NCBI GenBank assembly: GCA_963804735.1
Contig: CAWDRO010000014.1
Location: 110,252 to 174,251 of the forward strand
Length of the DNA stretch: 64,000 nucleotides
Direction of reading: 5' to 3'
DNA from: an uncultured Acidobacteriaceae bacterium
Lineage (GTDB): Bacteria; Acidobacteriota; Terriglobia; Terriglobales; Acidobacteriaceae
The notes beneath the pieces were generated by a model. It made no database searches and was not told where the DNA came from. It saw only the letters and a program-made list of their open reading frames with translations. Both the position numbers and the translations under genes were made by a program. This document shows, in pieces, positions 10,556-20,033 of the stretch. How positions within the stretch are numbered: the stretch's first letter is position 1; each line of letters starts with the position of its first letter.

Positions 10556-11332
10556 TTAGCCCTTGACCACCGGCAACTCCGGGTGAAAGTGGCTGACGTC
10601 GCGGTTGTACACTCCGGTAAAAGCATTCCAGCGAATGTAGACCAGCTCTTCCAGCATCTTGATGCCGTCTTTGAGGTAACTCATCTTGCTGCGTTCATCG
10701 TGTCCCCACGTCACCGGCACCTCGCGGACGGTATAGCCTCGCTTGAGCGCGATGAACAGGAGCTCCGGGTCGAAGCCCCAGCGCTCGATCCGCTGCAGCT
10801 GGAAGACGGTGTACGCCGCTTCCCGGCGGAAGGCCTTGAATCCGCACTGAGTGTCCGCGAACGGCAGTCCCATAACCAACCGCGTAACAGTGTTGAAGCA
10901 TCGTCCGAACATTTGGCGGTACCAGGGTTGGTGCTTGGTCTGCCGTCCCCTATCCAGCCAGCGCGAACCAATCGCGATGTCGGCACCCTCACGAATCGCG
11001 TTCAACAGCCGCTCAGTCTCAACCATCGGAGACGACAGGTCGGCATCGGTGAACATCATCACCTCGCCCGAGGCGTTCAACATTCCGTTGCGAACGCTGA
11101 AGCCCTTGCCCCGATTCACCGGGTTCTGAATCATCCGCACGATTGGGTCCTGCGCGGCAATCCGGCGAACGATCTCGGCCGTATCGTCCCGCGAGCCATC
11201 GTCAACCACAATCACCTCGGCCGTCCATCTTCGATCATGGACGCAGGCCAGAACCTGCTCCAGCGCCGCGCCAATCCGCGCGCTCTCGTTATAGGCCGGG
11301 ATAATGATGCTCAGTGTAGGTCCGGAAATCAT
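10556..11332 (-). CDS. GT2 glycosyltransferase, dolichyl/polyprenyl-phosphate glucosyltransferase-like
   Basis: IIIPAYNE, VDDGSRD, NRGKG, DAD, DTQCGFK and W.FD.E motifs. Confidence 0.9.
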   Translation of the reverse strand: MISGPTLSIIIPAYNESARIGAALEQVLACVHDRRWTAEVIVVDDGSRDDTAEIVRRIAAQDPIVRMIQNPVNRGKGFSVRNGMLNASGEVMMFTDADLSSPMVETERLLNAIREGADIAIGSRWLDRGRQTKHQPWYRQMFGRCFNTVTRLVMGLPFADTQCGFKAFRREAAYTVFQLQRIERWGFDPELLFIALKRGYTVREVPVTWGHDERSKMSYLKDGIKMLEELVYIRWNAFTGVYNRDVSHFHPELPVVKG

Positions 11333-11510
11333 CTCTGTATGTCTCTAGGGCCCGCGTAGTCTGTCTCTTAGCTCCCGCGTAGCGCATTTCGGCTCGATTG
11401 CGCTCGTCTCCGGCTCGGCTGCGGCACTGAAATCAAAAATCGCTCGACTGCATCGAAGAGTGCAATATCTAGAACCCAAATATTGACTCATAGATGCTAC
11501 ACTCCCGGCT

Positions 11511-12422
11511 ATGAATGAACAACAGAAACGCTCGACCTGGTTTTGGGTCCTGATCGGAGGCGGCCTTTTTGCCGTCGTTTTAGCGGTAATCGTCGGCCTG
11601 GCCTTTGCCATTGTCCACGCCACCGGGGGCAGTCAGCTCTCCTCCTTCGGCTCGGACAACATTGGCGTCATTGACGTTGACGGGGTCATCCTCAGCGCCG
11701 AAACCCCGATCAGCCAGATGCGCAAATTCGCCGACGACAGCTCCATCCGGGCCATCATCCTGCACATCAATTCCCCCGGTGGAGGCGCCGCCGCTTCCCA
11801 GGAGATTTACGAAGAGGTCAAGCGCATCCGTGACCAGAAGAAGAAGCCGATCGTCGCCAGCATCGAAAGCGTCGGCGCAAGCGGCGCATACTATATCGCC
11901 TCCGGGACCAGTAAAATCTACGCCAACCGCGCCAGCATTGTCGGCAGCATCGGCGTCATTATGGAGTACACCAACTACGGCGACCTGCTCAAGTGGGCCA
12001 AGCTTAAGAACGTGACGATCAAAGCAGGCGATCTCAAAGACGTTCCATCGCCGATACGCGATCTCACACCTAAGGAACAGGCCTACATGGAAGGGCTGGT
12101 CGATAACATGCACCAGCAGTTCATCGACGACGTCGCCAGCGGTCGCCGCCGCCCGGTCACCGAAATCCAGCCATTAGCTACCGGCCAGGTCTGGACCGGT
12201 CAGCAAGCCGTGCCACTGCACCTGATCGATTCCATCGGCAGCTTTCAGGATGCGCTCATGGCCACCGCCAAACAAGTCGGAATCTCCGGCGAACCCCAGG
12301 TAGTGAAACCCTACGTCAGGCGGAAATCGCTGCTCGACATCCTGACCTCCCCGGGAGATCTCTTTCCCGGCCCCGGACAGCTAATGGAAAAGAATGTGGG
12401 ATTCTATTACTTGTGGCAGTAA
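11511..12422 (+). CDS. sppA: Signal peptide peptidase A (S49)
   Basis: N-terminal TM helix; INSPGG, ASGAYY and GSIGV motifs. Confidence 0.92.
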   Translation: MNEQQKRSTWFWVLIGGGLFAVVLAVIVGLAFAIVHATGGSQLSSFGSDNIGVIDVDGVILSAETPISQMRKFADDSSIRAIILHINSPGGGAAASQEIYEEVKRIRDQKKKPIVASIESVGASGAYYIASGTSKIYANRASIVGSIGVIMEYTNYGDLLKWAKLKNVTIKAGDLKDVPSPIRDLTPKEQAYMEGLVDNMHQQFIDDVASGRRRPVTEIQPLATGQVWTGQQAVPLHLIDSIGSFQDALMATAKQVGISGEPQVVKPYVRRKSLLDILTSPGDLFPGPGQLMEKNVGFYYLWQ

Positions 12423-12608
12423 ACGACCCGGGGCAAAAGCGCAGATGTGGCCTGAAAGGCGCAGCTCCTTTCAGGCGTTCCCCTCGAGTGAATGCTCCAT
12501 AACCAATTTGTGGTGCCACTTCCACTGATTTTGCGTTAATTTGCTGCATCTATTCAGGTTGTGCGAAAAATACCGTATCCTTGAAGCAGTTTCGGAGAGC
12601 GATTGGCC

Positions 12609-12893
12609 ATGACCAAAGCAGACTTAGTGGAGGAAGTGACACAACTCGGCGACCTCACCCGCCGCGACGGCGAAGTGATCGTCGATACCATCTTCGATTC
12701 CGTCATCGGCGCCTTGAAATCCGGAGAAAAGATCGAAATTCGCGGCTTCGGCAGCTTCCGCATCCGGCAGCGCAAACCGCGGATCGGGCGCAACCCCAAA
12801 ACCGGCGCACGCGTTGACGTTCCCGCGAAGCGTGTCCCTTACTTCAAACCCAGCAAAGAACTGCGCGACCTCGTCAATCCCAAAGGGGAGTAA
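12609..12893 (+). CDS. ihfB: Integration host factor beta / HU family DNA-binding protein
   Basis: MTKADL...IEIRGFGSF..R.R..RIGRNPKTG..V.VP.K.VPYFKP.KEL. Confidence 0.85.
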   Translation: MTKADLVEEVTQLGDLTRRDGEVIVDTIFDSVIGALKSGEKIEIRGFGSFRIRQRKPRIGRNPKTGARVDVPAKRVPYFKPSKELRDLVNPKGE

Positions 12894-12943
12894 ACCGCGC
12901 ATGGGCGTTGTCTAAGGAAGCAGATCTCAGGGGGAAGCAGATC

Positions 12944-14008
12944 TCAGGACGCAGCGACGCCGATCACGGCCAGCATTCGCCCCGTTTTGCCCCGTTCCGC
13001 GCGGTAAGAGAAGAACTCATCCGTCCGGCAGCTGGTGCATGCATCGAGGGTGAAGATTGCATCCAGCGTCAACCCGGCGGTCAGTAGTTGCCGGCGATTG
13101 GCCTCCACCAGGTCGAGCAACAACCTGGCATCGCCGGAAAACAGCTCATCAGCATAGGGATAACGCTCGCGAAACAATGCGCGGACTTCCTCTCCGACGG
13201 CGAAACAGCACTGCCCGATTCCGGGCCCGATTGCGGCCATGAGGTCCTGGGGAGCGCTCCCGAACTCGCGGCCCATCGATGCCACTCCCCGCTCCACAAT
13301 CCCTTTGAGAGTGCCGCGCCAGCCGGCGTGAAAGGCGCCGACCGCTCGCTTCCTTCGATCGGCGATCAACACCGGAAGGCAATCCGCAGTCTGGATCCCA
13401 AGCAGGACACCTGGTTCCTCGGTCAATAGACCGTCTCCCCAAAGCGAAGCCCGCTCGGCGATGTCCACCAGGCCGACCCTGCGAACCAGCCCGGAGTGCA
13501 TCTGCTTCAGCGTCACCAACCCCCAGAGAGCCTGGCGACTCAGAGGAGTCGAAGCGATCGAGGCTAGAAATCTCTTCCGATTGAGCAAAACCGCTTCCGG
13601 CGCATCGCGATCCGTAAAGCCAAGATTGAGATCGCCGCCAAAGCGCGACGCTCCCGTAATCTCACTCACTCCGCCGCCCCGCGTGGTGAAGCCATGAACC
13701 AGCCACGCCTCGCTCGACCATTGCGGGATGCGTAGGACCTTCAGGTCGCGTGAATTCCCCACGTCAGCGTGGAGCGCTGGCTCTTGGATCGATCGCGTCG
13801 GATCAGAGGCGGGCGGTACGCTTTGGTTTTGCAAGGAATTGGAGTCCAAGATTTGTCGCGTCTCTTGTCTCAGGGTAAATCGCGGAGAGGAGATAGAGCT
13901 ACTGGGCCCGCTTTCCAGTGGGCCCGCTCCAGGGGCATTTGGGAGGGTAACCAGGATATTCTCAGAGAGAGTTCGCAAAAAATGCGAACCGTTTGTGATG
14001 AGACTCAA
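12944..14008 (-). CDS. pgeF: PgeF/YfiH (LACC1-like) peptidoglycan editing factor; true start uncertain and probably downstream of 14008
   Basis: HGFTTR.GG, LNLG, KQMHS, DGLLT, TADCLP, HAGWRG, GPGI..CC and CT.C..D.FFSYR motifs. Confidence 0.88.
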   Translation of the reverse strand: MSLITNGSHFLRTLSENILVTLPNAPGAGPLESGPSSSISSPRFTLRQETRQILDSNSLQNQSVPPASDPTRSIQEPALHADVGNSRDLKVLRIPQWSSEAWLVHGFTTRGGGVSEITGASRFGGDLNLGFTDRDAPEAVLLNRKRFLASIASTPLSRQALWGLVTLKQMHSGLVRRVGLVDIAERASLWGDGLLTEEPGVLLGIQTADCLPVLIADRRKRAVGAFHAGWRGTLKGIVERGVASMGREFGSAPQDLMAAIGPGIGQCCFAVGEEVRALFRERYPYADELFSGDARLLLDLVEANRRQLLTAGLTLDAIFTLDACTSCRTDEFFSYRAERGKTGRMLAVIGVAAS

Positions 14009-14137
14009 TACATCGGTTGGATAAAACTTCTAGAAATGCCCCTGCTGTTGTTATCCATGATGCACCTATTACGCCAAAGAATAGTCAATATCTTTAGAAA
14101 AAATTGATGCCAAACTTCACCCTGTCCCCTATCTTTT

Positions 14138-15490
14138 CTATTTCCTCACAATTTGGTACAGGCAAGCTGCGTGGGGTGAAAGGGTGACCTCTAGCCGGTC
14201 GGCTGATCCCAGGTCTGTCCTCTTCCATAAGTCTCTAATTATGTATGATTTACCAGAAAAACCCACTTCCTTCCAGGAATGGCGGAACGTTTTGGCCTCG
14301 TCGCTGACATTGAAAACGGCAATATAATACACGGAATCCTCCCCCCGTCTCGCCGACCAGATTACTTCTTCCCCGTTGGTCACTAGTAAACGGTTACCTT
14401 TGGAGTGCTGATTCACGGCGATTATTTCTGGATTGGTCAATAGCCCCAAGGTAAATTCATCGCTGGCCGCGAGATCTCCCCCAATCATTAGTGGAGAACG
14501 GAAGATCGACCAGAAGGTCAGCAACGTCCGCGCCTCGTCAGGGGTAAACCTCGAATCGCGCACCTCACCCTCTCCAGGATGCGGTCCCAAATGGCCAATC
14601 GGCAGCATGTCGGCGTCGGCCCAATGGCCGTCCCCGGTATGCGCCGCCCAGGTTGCTGCCGTGGCAAACTGCTGCAACAGCCCCTGCGAAAATTCATGCC
14701 CCTTCCAAACGCCCCAGTGGTCCCAGAAGTCATCCGAAATCCGCCACATCTCCGCGTACTTCCTCACCTCGTCGGCGTGGCTGACGTTCGTCGGTCCGGG
14801 AGACAGGCTGAGCACGATCGGACGGCCTGTTTTATCCAGCGCCTGCCGGATCATCCGAATCTCGTCCCCCTTGTAGGGGTGGTCGGCGATGCAGTCGACC
14901 TTGATAAAGTCCACACCCCAACCCGCATACTGCTTTGCCAGCGAGTCATAGTAAGCCTGTCCGGCCGGATTGTCTTTCACCCCATAGTCATAGGTGTTCC
15001 ACCGGCAGGTATCCGATTGGTCTGCGGCATCCGTGGCATGAAATGCCGAATCGGCGATGGGTAGGTTCTTCGCCACCGCTTCTTTCGGGATGCCGCGCAA
15101 AATGTGAATGCCAAACTTCAGCCCTTCCGCGTGGAGATAGCCGCCCAGTGCTTTGAAACCGTCATCGCCGGCTGCCGAAGGAAACCGAGCCACGGAAGGC
15201 AGAAAGCGGCCATATGCATCCATCACAAATCCCTTGTTGACCTCGGTGCTCGGCCCGGGATCTGGGAGATACCAGCCTTCGTCGATGACGATGTAGTTCC
15301 AGCCAAACTGTTTCAGCTTTCTGGCGACGAAATTGGCGTTCTCTTTGACCTGTGCCTCGGTGATGTTCTGCGCGTATGCGTCCCAGCTGTTCCAACCCAT
15401 CGGCGGGGTAGGGGCGAGGAGGGCGTTTTGGGCGGACGCGGTGACAGACGCAACCAGAAGCAGGGTGATCGGAAGGGATTTGGGGCGCAT
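14138..15490 (-). CDS. Glycoside hydrolase family 27 (alpha-galactosidase-like), secreted
   Basis: Signal peptide; PPMGWNSW, IDEGW, WGVDFIKVDC, WRISDD and DADML motifs. Confidence 0.93.
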   Translation of the reverse strand: MRPKSLPITLLLVASVTASAQNALLAPTPPMGWNSWDAYAQNITEAQVKENANFVARKLKQFGWNYIVIDEGWYLPDPGPSTEVNKGFVMDAYGRFLPSVARFPSAAGDDGFKALGGYLHAEGLKFGIHILRGIPKEAVAKNLPIADSAFHATDAADQSDTCRWNTYDYGVKDNPAGQAYYDSLAKQYAGWGVDFIKVDCIADHPYKGDEIRMIRQALDKTGRPIVLSLSPGPTNVSHADEVRKYAEMWRISDDFWDHWGVWKGHEFSQGLLQQFATAATWAAHTGDGHWADADMLPIGHLGPHPGEGEVRDSRFTPDEARTLLTFWSIFRSPLMIGGDLAASDEFTLGLLTNPEIIAVNQHSKGNRLLVTNGEEVIWSARRGEDSVYYIAVFNVSDEAKTFRHSWKEVGFSGKSYIIRDLWKRTDLGSADRLEVTLSPHAACLYQIVRK

Positions 15491-15616
15491 TCAGCACCTT
15501 TCAAGTAAACGTTATCGGGAGGTTGCTAGTGCATTGCTGATTACCAGTCCCACTGCTAAATCCAGCTCGTCGAAAAATCAGCGTTGATGGTTACCTACAA
15601 CAGGGAAAACCTGAGT

Positions 15617-16984
15617 TCACTTGCCCACTTCTTCCCAAAACCGGATTACAGACTCAATTCCACGATAAAAGTTCGCCAGATGAAACTTCTCGTTGGGCGC
15701 ATGAAGGTTGTCGTCAGGCAAGCCGAAGCCCATCATCACGCTCGGAATTTTGAGGCAGCGCTCGAAATCGCCCACGATCGGGATCGAACCTCCCGAGCGG
15801 ATAAATACCGTCTCGGCCTTCCAGACCTCGCGCAAGGCATGGGTCGCGGCCTGGATATATGGGTTCGCGGTGCCAATCACCAACGGCTCGCCTGAGTGAA
15901 TTAGCCGCACATCGAGCGTGACGCCTTTAGGCGTCAGCGATTCGACGTAACTCTTGTATTGGGCAAACGTCTCCGCCGGCGACATGTTGGGCACGAGCCG
16001 CATTGAGACCTTGGCGGTGGCCTTTGCCGGTATCACTGTCTTCGCGCCGGCCCCGATAAACCCGCCGGGCATCCCATGCACATCGAGCGTCGGCCGCGCC
16101 CAGGTGCGTTCGAGGACTGAGTAACCTGCTTCTCCAGTCAACACGGAAGAACCTACCTCGGTCTCTCGATAATGCCCCTCGTCGAAGGGCAGCTTTTTCC
16201 ACGCCTCCAGCTCGGCTCCATCCGGCGCAACCACGCGGTCGTAGAAACCAGGGATGAGAATCCGTCCCTCGCCATCCTTCAATTGCGCGATCACTTGCGC
16301 TAGCGCAACGAATGGGTTTGGCGCCGCGCCACCGTACATCCCGGAATGCAGATCGGTCTTCGCGCCTCGCGCCTCGATCTCGGTATAGATCATCCCCCGC
16401 AATCCCACGCACAGGGTCGGCAGCTCGGGAGCGAATAGCTCAGTGTCCGAGACCAGCGCGAAATCCGCTTTCAGGCGCTCCGGATGCTCGCGCACAAACT
16501 TCGCGATCGACTCCCCGCCAACCTCTTCCTCTCCCTCAAGAATCACGCGGACATTGAGCGGAAGCTTGCCCGTCGCAGCCAGCAGCGAGTCCAGCGCCTT
16601 GACGTGGATATACATCTGCCCCTTGTCGTCAACGGCGCCGCGGGCGTAGAGATTGCCGTTGCGCTCGACCGGCTCAAAGGGCGGAGAAAGCCACTCGTCG
16701 AGCGGGTCGGGAGGCTGCACATCGTAATGCCCATAGGCCAGGCAAGTTGGCTTGCCCTCGGCGTGAAGCCAGTCTGCATAGACCAACGGGTGACCCGCGC
16801 CGTCAATCAACTCGACATGTTCCATGCCAATTCGCTTCAGCTCGGCCGCCAGGATTTCCGCAGCGTGGCGGACATCGCCTTTATGTTCAGGCAAGGTGGA
16901 GATGGAGGGGATGCGAAGAAGAGCCTTGAGCTCGTCGAGGAAGCGGGACTGATGTGTGCGGGAGTAATCGAGAGCAGTAGTCAT
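15617..16984 (-). CDS. M20 family dipeptidase (Cys-Gly metallodipeptidase-like)
   Basis: GHYDVQP, RGAVDDKGQ, EGEEE, DLHSG and H.PNE motifs. Confidence 0.93.
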   Translation of the reverse strand: MTTALDYSRTHQSRFLDELKALLRIPSISTLPEHKGDVRHAAEILAAELKRIGMEHVELIDGAGHPLVYADWLHAEGKPTCLAYGHYDVQPPDPLDEWLSPPFEPVERNGNLYARGAVDDKGQMYIHVKALDSLLAATGKLPLNVRVILEGEEEVGGESIAKFVREHPERLKADFALVSDTELFAPELPTLCVGLRGMIYTEIEARGAKTDLHSGMYGGAAPNPFVALAQVIAQLKDGEGRILIPGFYDRVVAPDGAELEAWKKLPFDEGHYRETEVGSSVLTGEAGYSVLERTWARPTLDVHGMPGGFIGAGAKTVIPAKATAKVSMRLVPNMSPAETFAQYKSYVESLTPKGVTLDVRLIHSGEPLVIGTANPYIQAATHALREVWKAETVFIRSGGSIPIVGDFERCLKIPSVMMGFGLPDDNLHAPNEKFHLANFYRGIESVIRFWEEVGK

Positions 16985-17041
16985 GAGACGCGGAATCTCC
17001 AAGCAGCAGCTTACGCCATCGCCACAAGAATCCCCAGCCGC

Positions 17042-17371
17042 CTAATATCGTGGCACCTGCGGATCGACCTCTCGCGACCACGCGTCGATTCCGCCGCGCA
17101 GCGACTGGACCCTTTCCAATCCCTGGTTGCGCAGCCAGACGGCCACGTTCATTGAGCGAACGCCGGAATGACAGATGGTCACAATATGGGCTTCGGGATC
17201 AAGTTCCTGCACCCGGGCCGGAATCTCTCCCATCGGGATAAGAGCGCTTCCCTCAATCTTCGCAGTGGCGTGCTCCCACGGTTCGCGGACATCCAGCAGT
17301 ACCAGATCGGCAGGTTTACCGTCGGCGAGTTTTGAGGCTAAGTCGGGGGCTGATATTTCGAAATCAAGCAT
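17042..17371 (-). CDS. Rhodanese-like domain protein
   Basis: LLDVRE.WE, active-site CHSGVRS and L.GGIDAW. Confidence 0.92.
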   Translation of the reverse strand: MLDFEISAPDLASKLADGKPADLVLLDVREPWEHATAKIEGSALIPMGEIPARVQELDPEAHIVTICHSGVRSMNVAVWLRNQGLERVQSLRGGIDAWSREVDPQVPRY

Positions 17372-17425
17372 GTTTCTCAGAATACACGCGGAAATCCATC
17401 CCGCGATGACACCTGATGGCCCTGT

Positions 17426-18478
17426 CTAGAATCCCACCCGGCCTATGCGAATCAGTGTCGAAAAATCAGGAGACTGCCCCACCGTGTGCGCATACGGATT
17501 AATGTGCTCACGCTGTTTCAACTCCGGAAATGGCAACCCGTCGGTAACCAGCCGTCCGCGCTCATAGAGCAAGTCGTCGAGCGTCCCATTGAGCAACAGT
17601 CGATAGGTCCACGGCTTTGGGTCCGGCAGGTCCCGGCTGATCTCATGATCGATGGTCGTCGTGCAGTTTTTGGTGATCGCGTTGTACCACTCCGGATGAT
17701 CCTTCAGCCGGTTGAGATGGGCCACATAGGTGAGAAAGAGTTTGCGCGCGATCTCTGGTGGAACATTGGTCCGGTACATATAGACCTCTTCGTCTTTTCG
17801 GAAATTCGTTCGAAGCCGAATCACATCCCGCTCATCGGCCGCGATAAAGATCAACTCGTATTGGCGGAAGAATCCGAGAAACGACGAATAGGTCTGCCCG
17901 GCTTTGTAGCGCGCCTCAATCGAGAAGGCGAGATGCTGCCCATTGCCAAAATCGAAGCTGACAATCGGATGTCCTATCCACGGAATCCCCCAGTTCACAA
18001 AGAAGAAATCGACTCCGCGAAGTTGAGAAAGATCGAAGTTCCTGTTGCTCCAGCAATTCGAGTATTCAGTTTCGGAGCTGTAGTTGCAATTGCGAACGTT
18101 GTGCACCGTGACCTGATTCCCATCGATCTCCGCCCACGCGGTGCGCGCAACATCCGCACGCCAATCCCCCTCATTGGTAGGCCGCAGCGTAAACCACCAC
18201 ACCAGCACCATGCAGAAGCATCCGAAACACGCCGGTGCCCTCCACCGCTTCACCTTGATCCACAGCAAAATCAAGACAGCCACGTAGATCACGGCGAGAG
18301 GAAGGCGCAGAGCCGCAATCCGGCAATCGACATAGATTGCCGCGGCCGCCCAGAGATTGAGCAGCAACAGCGCGAACCACAATAGTCCAAGACCGAGAAT
18401 GCGTCCAATCGTCCGCACAGTCGACCGGCCTGAGGAGGCGGTAGCGGAAATCTCAGGTGCTTCGCTGCCAGTAGTCAT
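17426..18478 (-). CDS. DUF4105 / Lnb-N-like membrane protein
   Basis: N-terminal TM helices; HNVRN, H..VSF.F, S.EAR and YN..T.NCTT motifs. Confidence 0.8.
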   Translation of the reverse strand: MTTGSEAPEISATASSGRSTVRTIGRILGLGLLWFALLLLNLWAAAAIYVDCRIAALRLPLAVIYVAVLILLWIKVKRWRAPACFGCFCMVLVWWFTLRPTNEGDWRADVARTAWAEIDGNQVTVHNVRNCNYSSETEYSNCWSNRNFDLSQLRGVDFFFVNWGIPWIGHPIVSFDFGNGQHLAFSIEARYKAGQTYSSFLGFFRQYELIFIAADERDVIRLRTNFRKDEEVYMYRTNVPPEIARKLFLTYVAHLNRLKDHPEWYNAITKNCTTTIDHEISRDLPDPKPWTYRLLLNGTLDDLLYERGRLVTDGLPFPELKQREHINPYAHTVGQSPDFSTLIRIGRVGF

Positions 18479-18506
18479 CGTCTCTTTTCCGAAGCGCAAG
18501 GGAGCA

Positions 18507-19904
18507 TCATGCAACGCTCGGTGCGTAGTCGCAGACCAGCAGCGTCAGATCATCCTCCTGAGTGACCGCCCAGCCTTGAACGGTAGACATAATCCTGTCA
18601 GCAGTCTCGTTGTGCGAGAGGCTGGCGCACTGACGCAGCAATACACCCAGACGCTCCTTTCCAAACTCCTCCCGCCCGGCGTTGGAGGCTTCAAGAATGC
18701 CATCCGTATATAGCAGAATCCGATCGCCCGGTTCGAGAGAAGAGACGGCATTGAGATACGTCGCGAAAGAGAAGGCCGCCAGCATCAAACCGTTCTCCTC
18801 AACTTCCGTAACCTCACCCCCTCGCAAGACCAGCATCGGCGGGTGGCCCGCCGCCGAATAGCGCAACTCGCCCGTCCGAGAATCCAGATGGACATAGGCA
18901 GCGGTGACGAACTGCTCCTGTGTGTTCCCGCACAGCGCGGCGTTCATCCCCGAAAGCAATCCAGCCGGATCGGCGACAAGAGAGCGTTGGGAGGTCGCGG
19001 CCATCTTCACCATCGACGCAATTAGCGCCGCCGGCACGCCATGGCCCGAGACATCGGCAATCAGTAGCCCTGCTTGCCGATCGTCGCCCAGCAGGAAGTC
19101 GTAGAAGTCCCCGGCAACCGAGGTCATCGGCACATAGCGCGCGGCCACGCGAAAGCTGGTCGAAGCGGGAAATGCCGTCGGCAGAATCGAAAGCTGAATC
19201 CGCCGGGCCACCTCGAGCTCCTTTTGGATCGCTCCCAGTTGGGCATCTCGCTCCACGGTCCGGCGCGCAGCAACGTACCCGAGGCAACCGAGAAAAACTG
19301 CGAACCCATACTGCTCTACCCGCTGATGGTGTCCAAAGGTGTCGCTGAGATTGCCATAAATGACGAAGGCCGCGAAGACAAGCAGTCCTCTGCGAATCAC
19401 TATAAAGTCGCGCGTGGCGTCGCGCCGTACTATGGAACGCCCCACCAGCACGATCATTCCGGCGATGACAAGAGCGGTATTGATCCAGTCGAAGACATCC
19501 CGGTAGCCTACGATCATCGTCCCCGCGAAGAGCGAAAGGAAGATCGCCGTCGCCGGATAGATCGATATCTTCGCCCACCGCCCCGTGAATCCGGCCGCAT
19601 CAAAGAAAAAGAACGCTGGGATGGGAACGAGATAAGTGATCGCGACTACAAAGTTCAGAAAGAGTGGCGTGTGCGGAAGTTCCAGCCGCACCATGCCGGT
19701 GTCCAACCACAATCGGCTGCCATACAGGACCGCGAAGAGCGCCAGCCACAGCAACAGCGGATCCAATCTTCGGCGCAGCAGGGAAAATGCCGCCGCCACG
19801 ATGCCAACCGTGATGAACGCCGCCCCAAGAAACAGATACAATTGATCGTGGTGGATGGCACGCACGATCTGGCTGGCTGTATACCGAGGATCGATCTCTC
19901 CCAT
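18507..19904 (-). CDS. Membrane-anchored PP2C/SpoIIE (RsbU-like) phosphatase
   Basis: About 7 TM N-terminus; ELEVARRIQ, VAGDFYD, IADVSGHG, AGHPP, LYTDG and DDLT motifs. Confidence 0.92.
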   Translation of the reverse strand: MGEIDPRYTASQIVRAIHHDQLYLFLGAAFITVGIVAAAFSLLRRRLDPLLLWLALFAVLYGSRLWLDTGMVRLELPHTPLFLNFVVAITYLVPIPAFFFFDAAGFTGRWAKISIYPATAIFLSLFAGTMIVGYRDVFDWINTALVIAGMIVLVGRSIVRRDATRDFIVIRRGLLVFAAFVIYGNLSDTFGHHQRVEQYGFAVFLGCLGYVAARRTVERDAQLGAIQKELEVARRIQLSILPTAFPASTSFRVAARYVPMTSVAGDFYDFLLGDDRQAGLLIADVSGHGVPAALIASMVKMAATSQRSLVADPAGLLSGMNAALCGNTQEQFVTAAYVHLDSRTGELRYSAAGHPPMLVLRGGEVTEVEENGLMLAAFSFATYLNAVSSLEPGDRILLYTDGILEASNAGREEFGKERLGVLLRQCASLSHNETADRIMSTVQGWAVTQEDDLTLLVCDYAPSVA

Positions 19905-20033
19905 GCGCCCCGATCTTAAACCATTGCCACAGCGCACACATTCAAGCCGCGATTTTCAGCGTCCCGCTCCCATGCCATCTCTCTGCCGTGATACAAGAAG
20001 GTAAATACCCGTGCAAAGTTATCAGGATAGTTA

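Noticed and set aside
12916-12948. 16-bp direct repeat GGAAGCAGATCTCAGG twice at the pgeF stop
   Set aside because: Probably a small tandem duplication; no intervening element, so not a target-site duplication.
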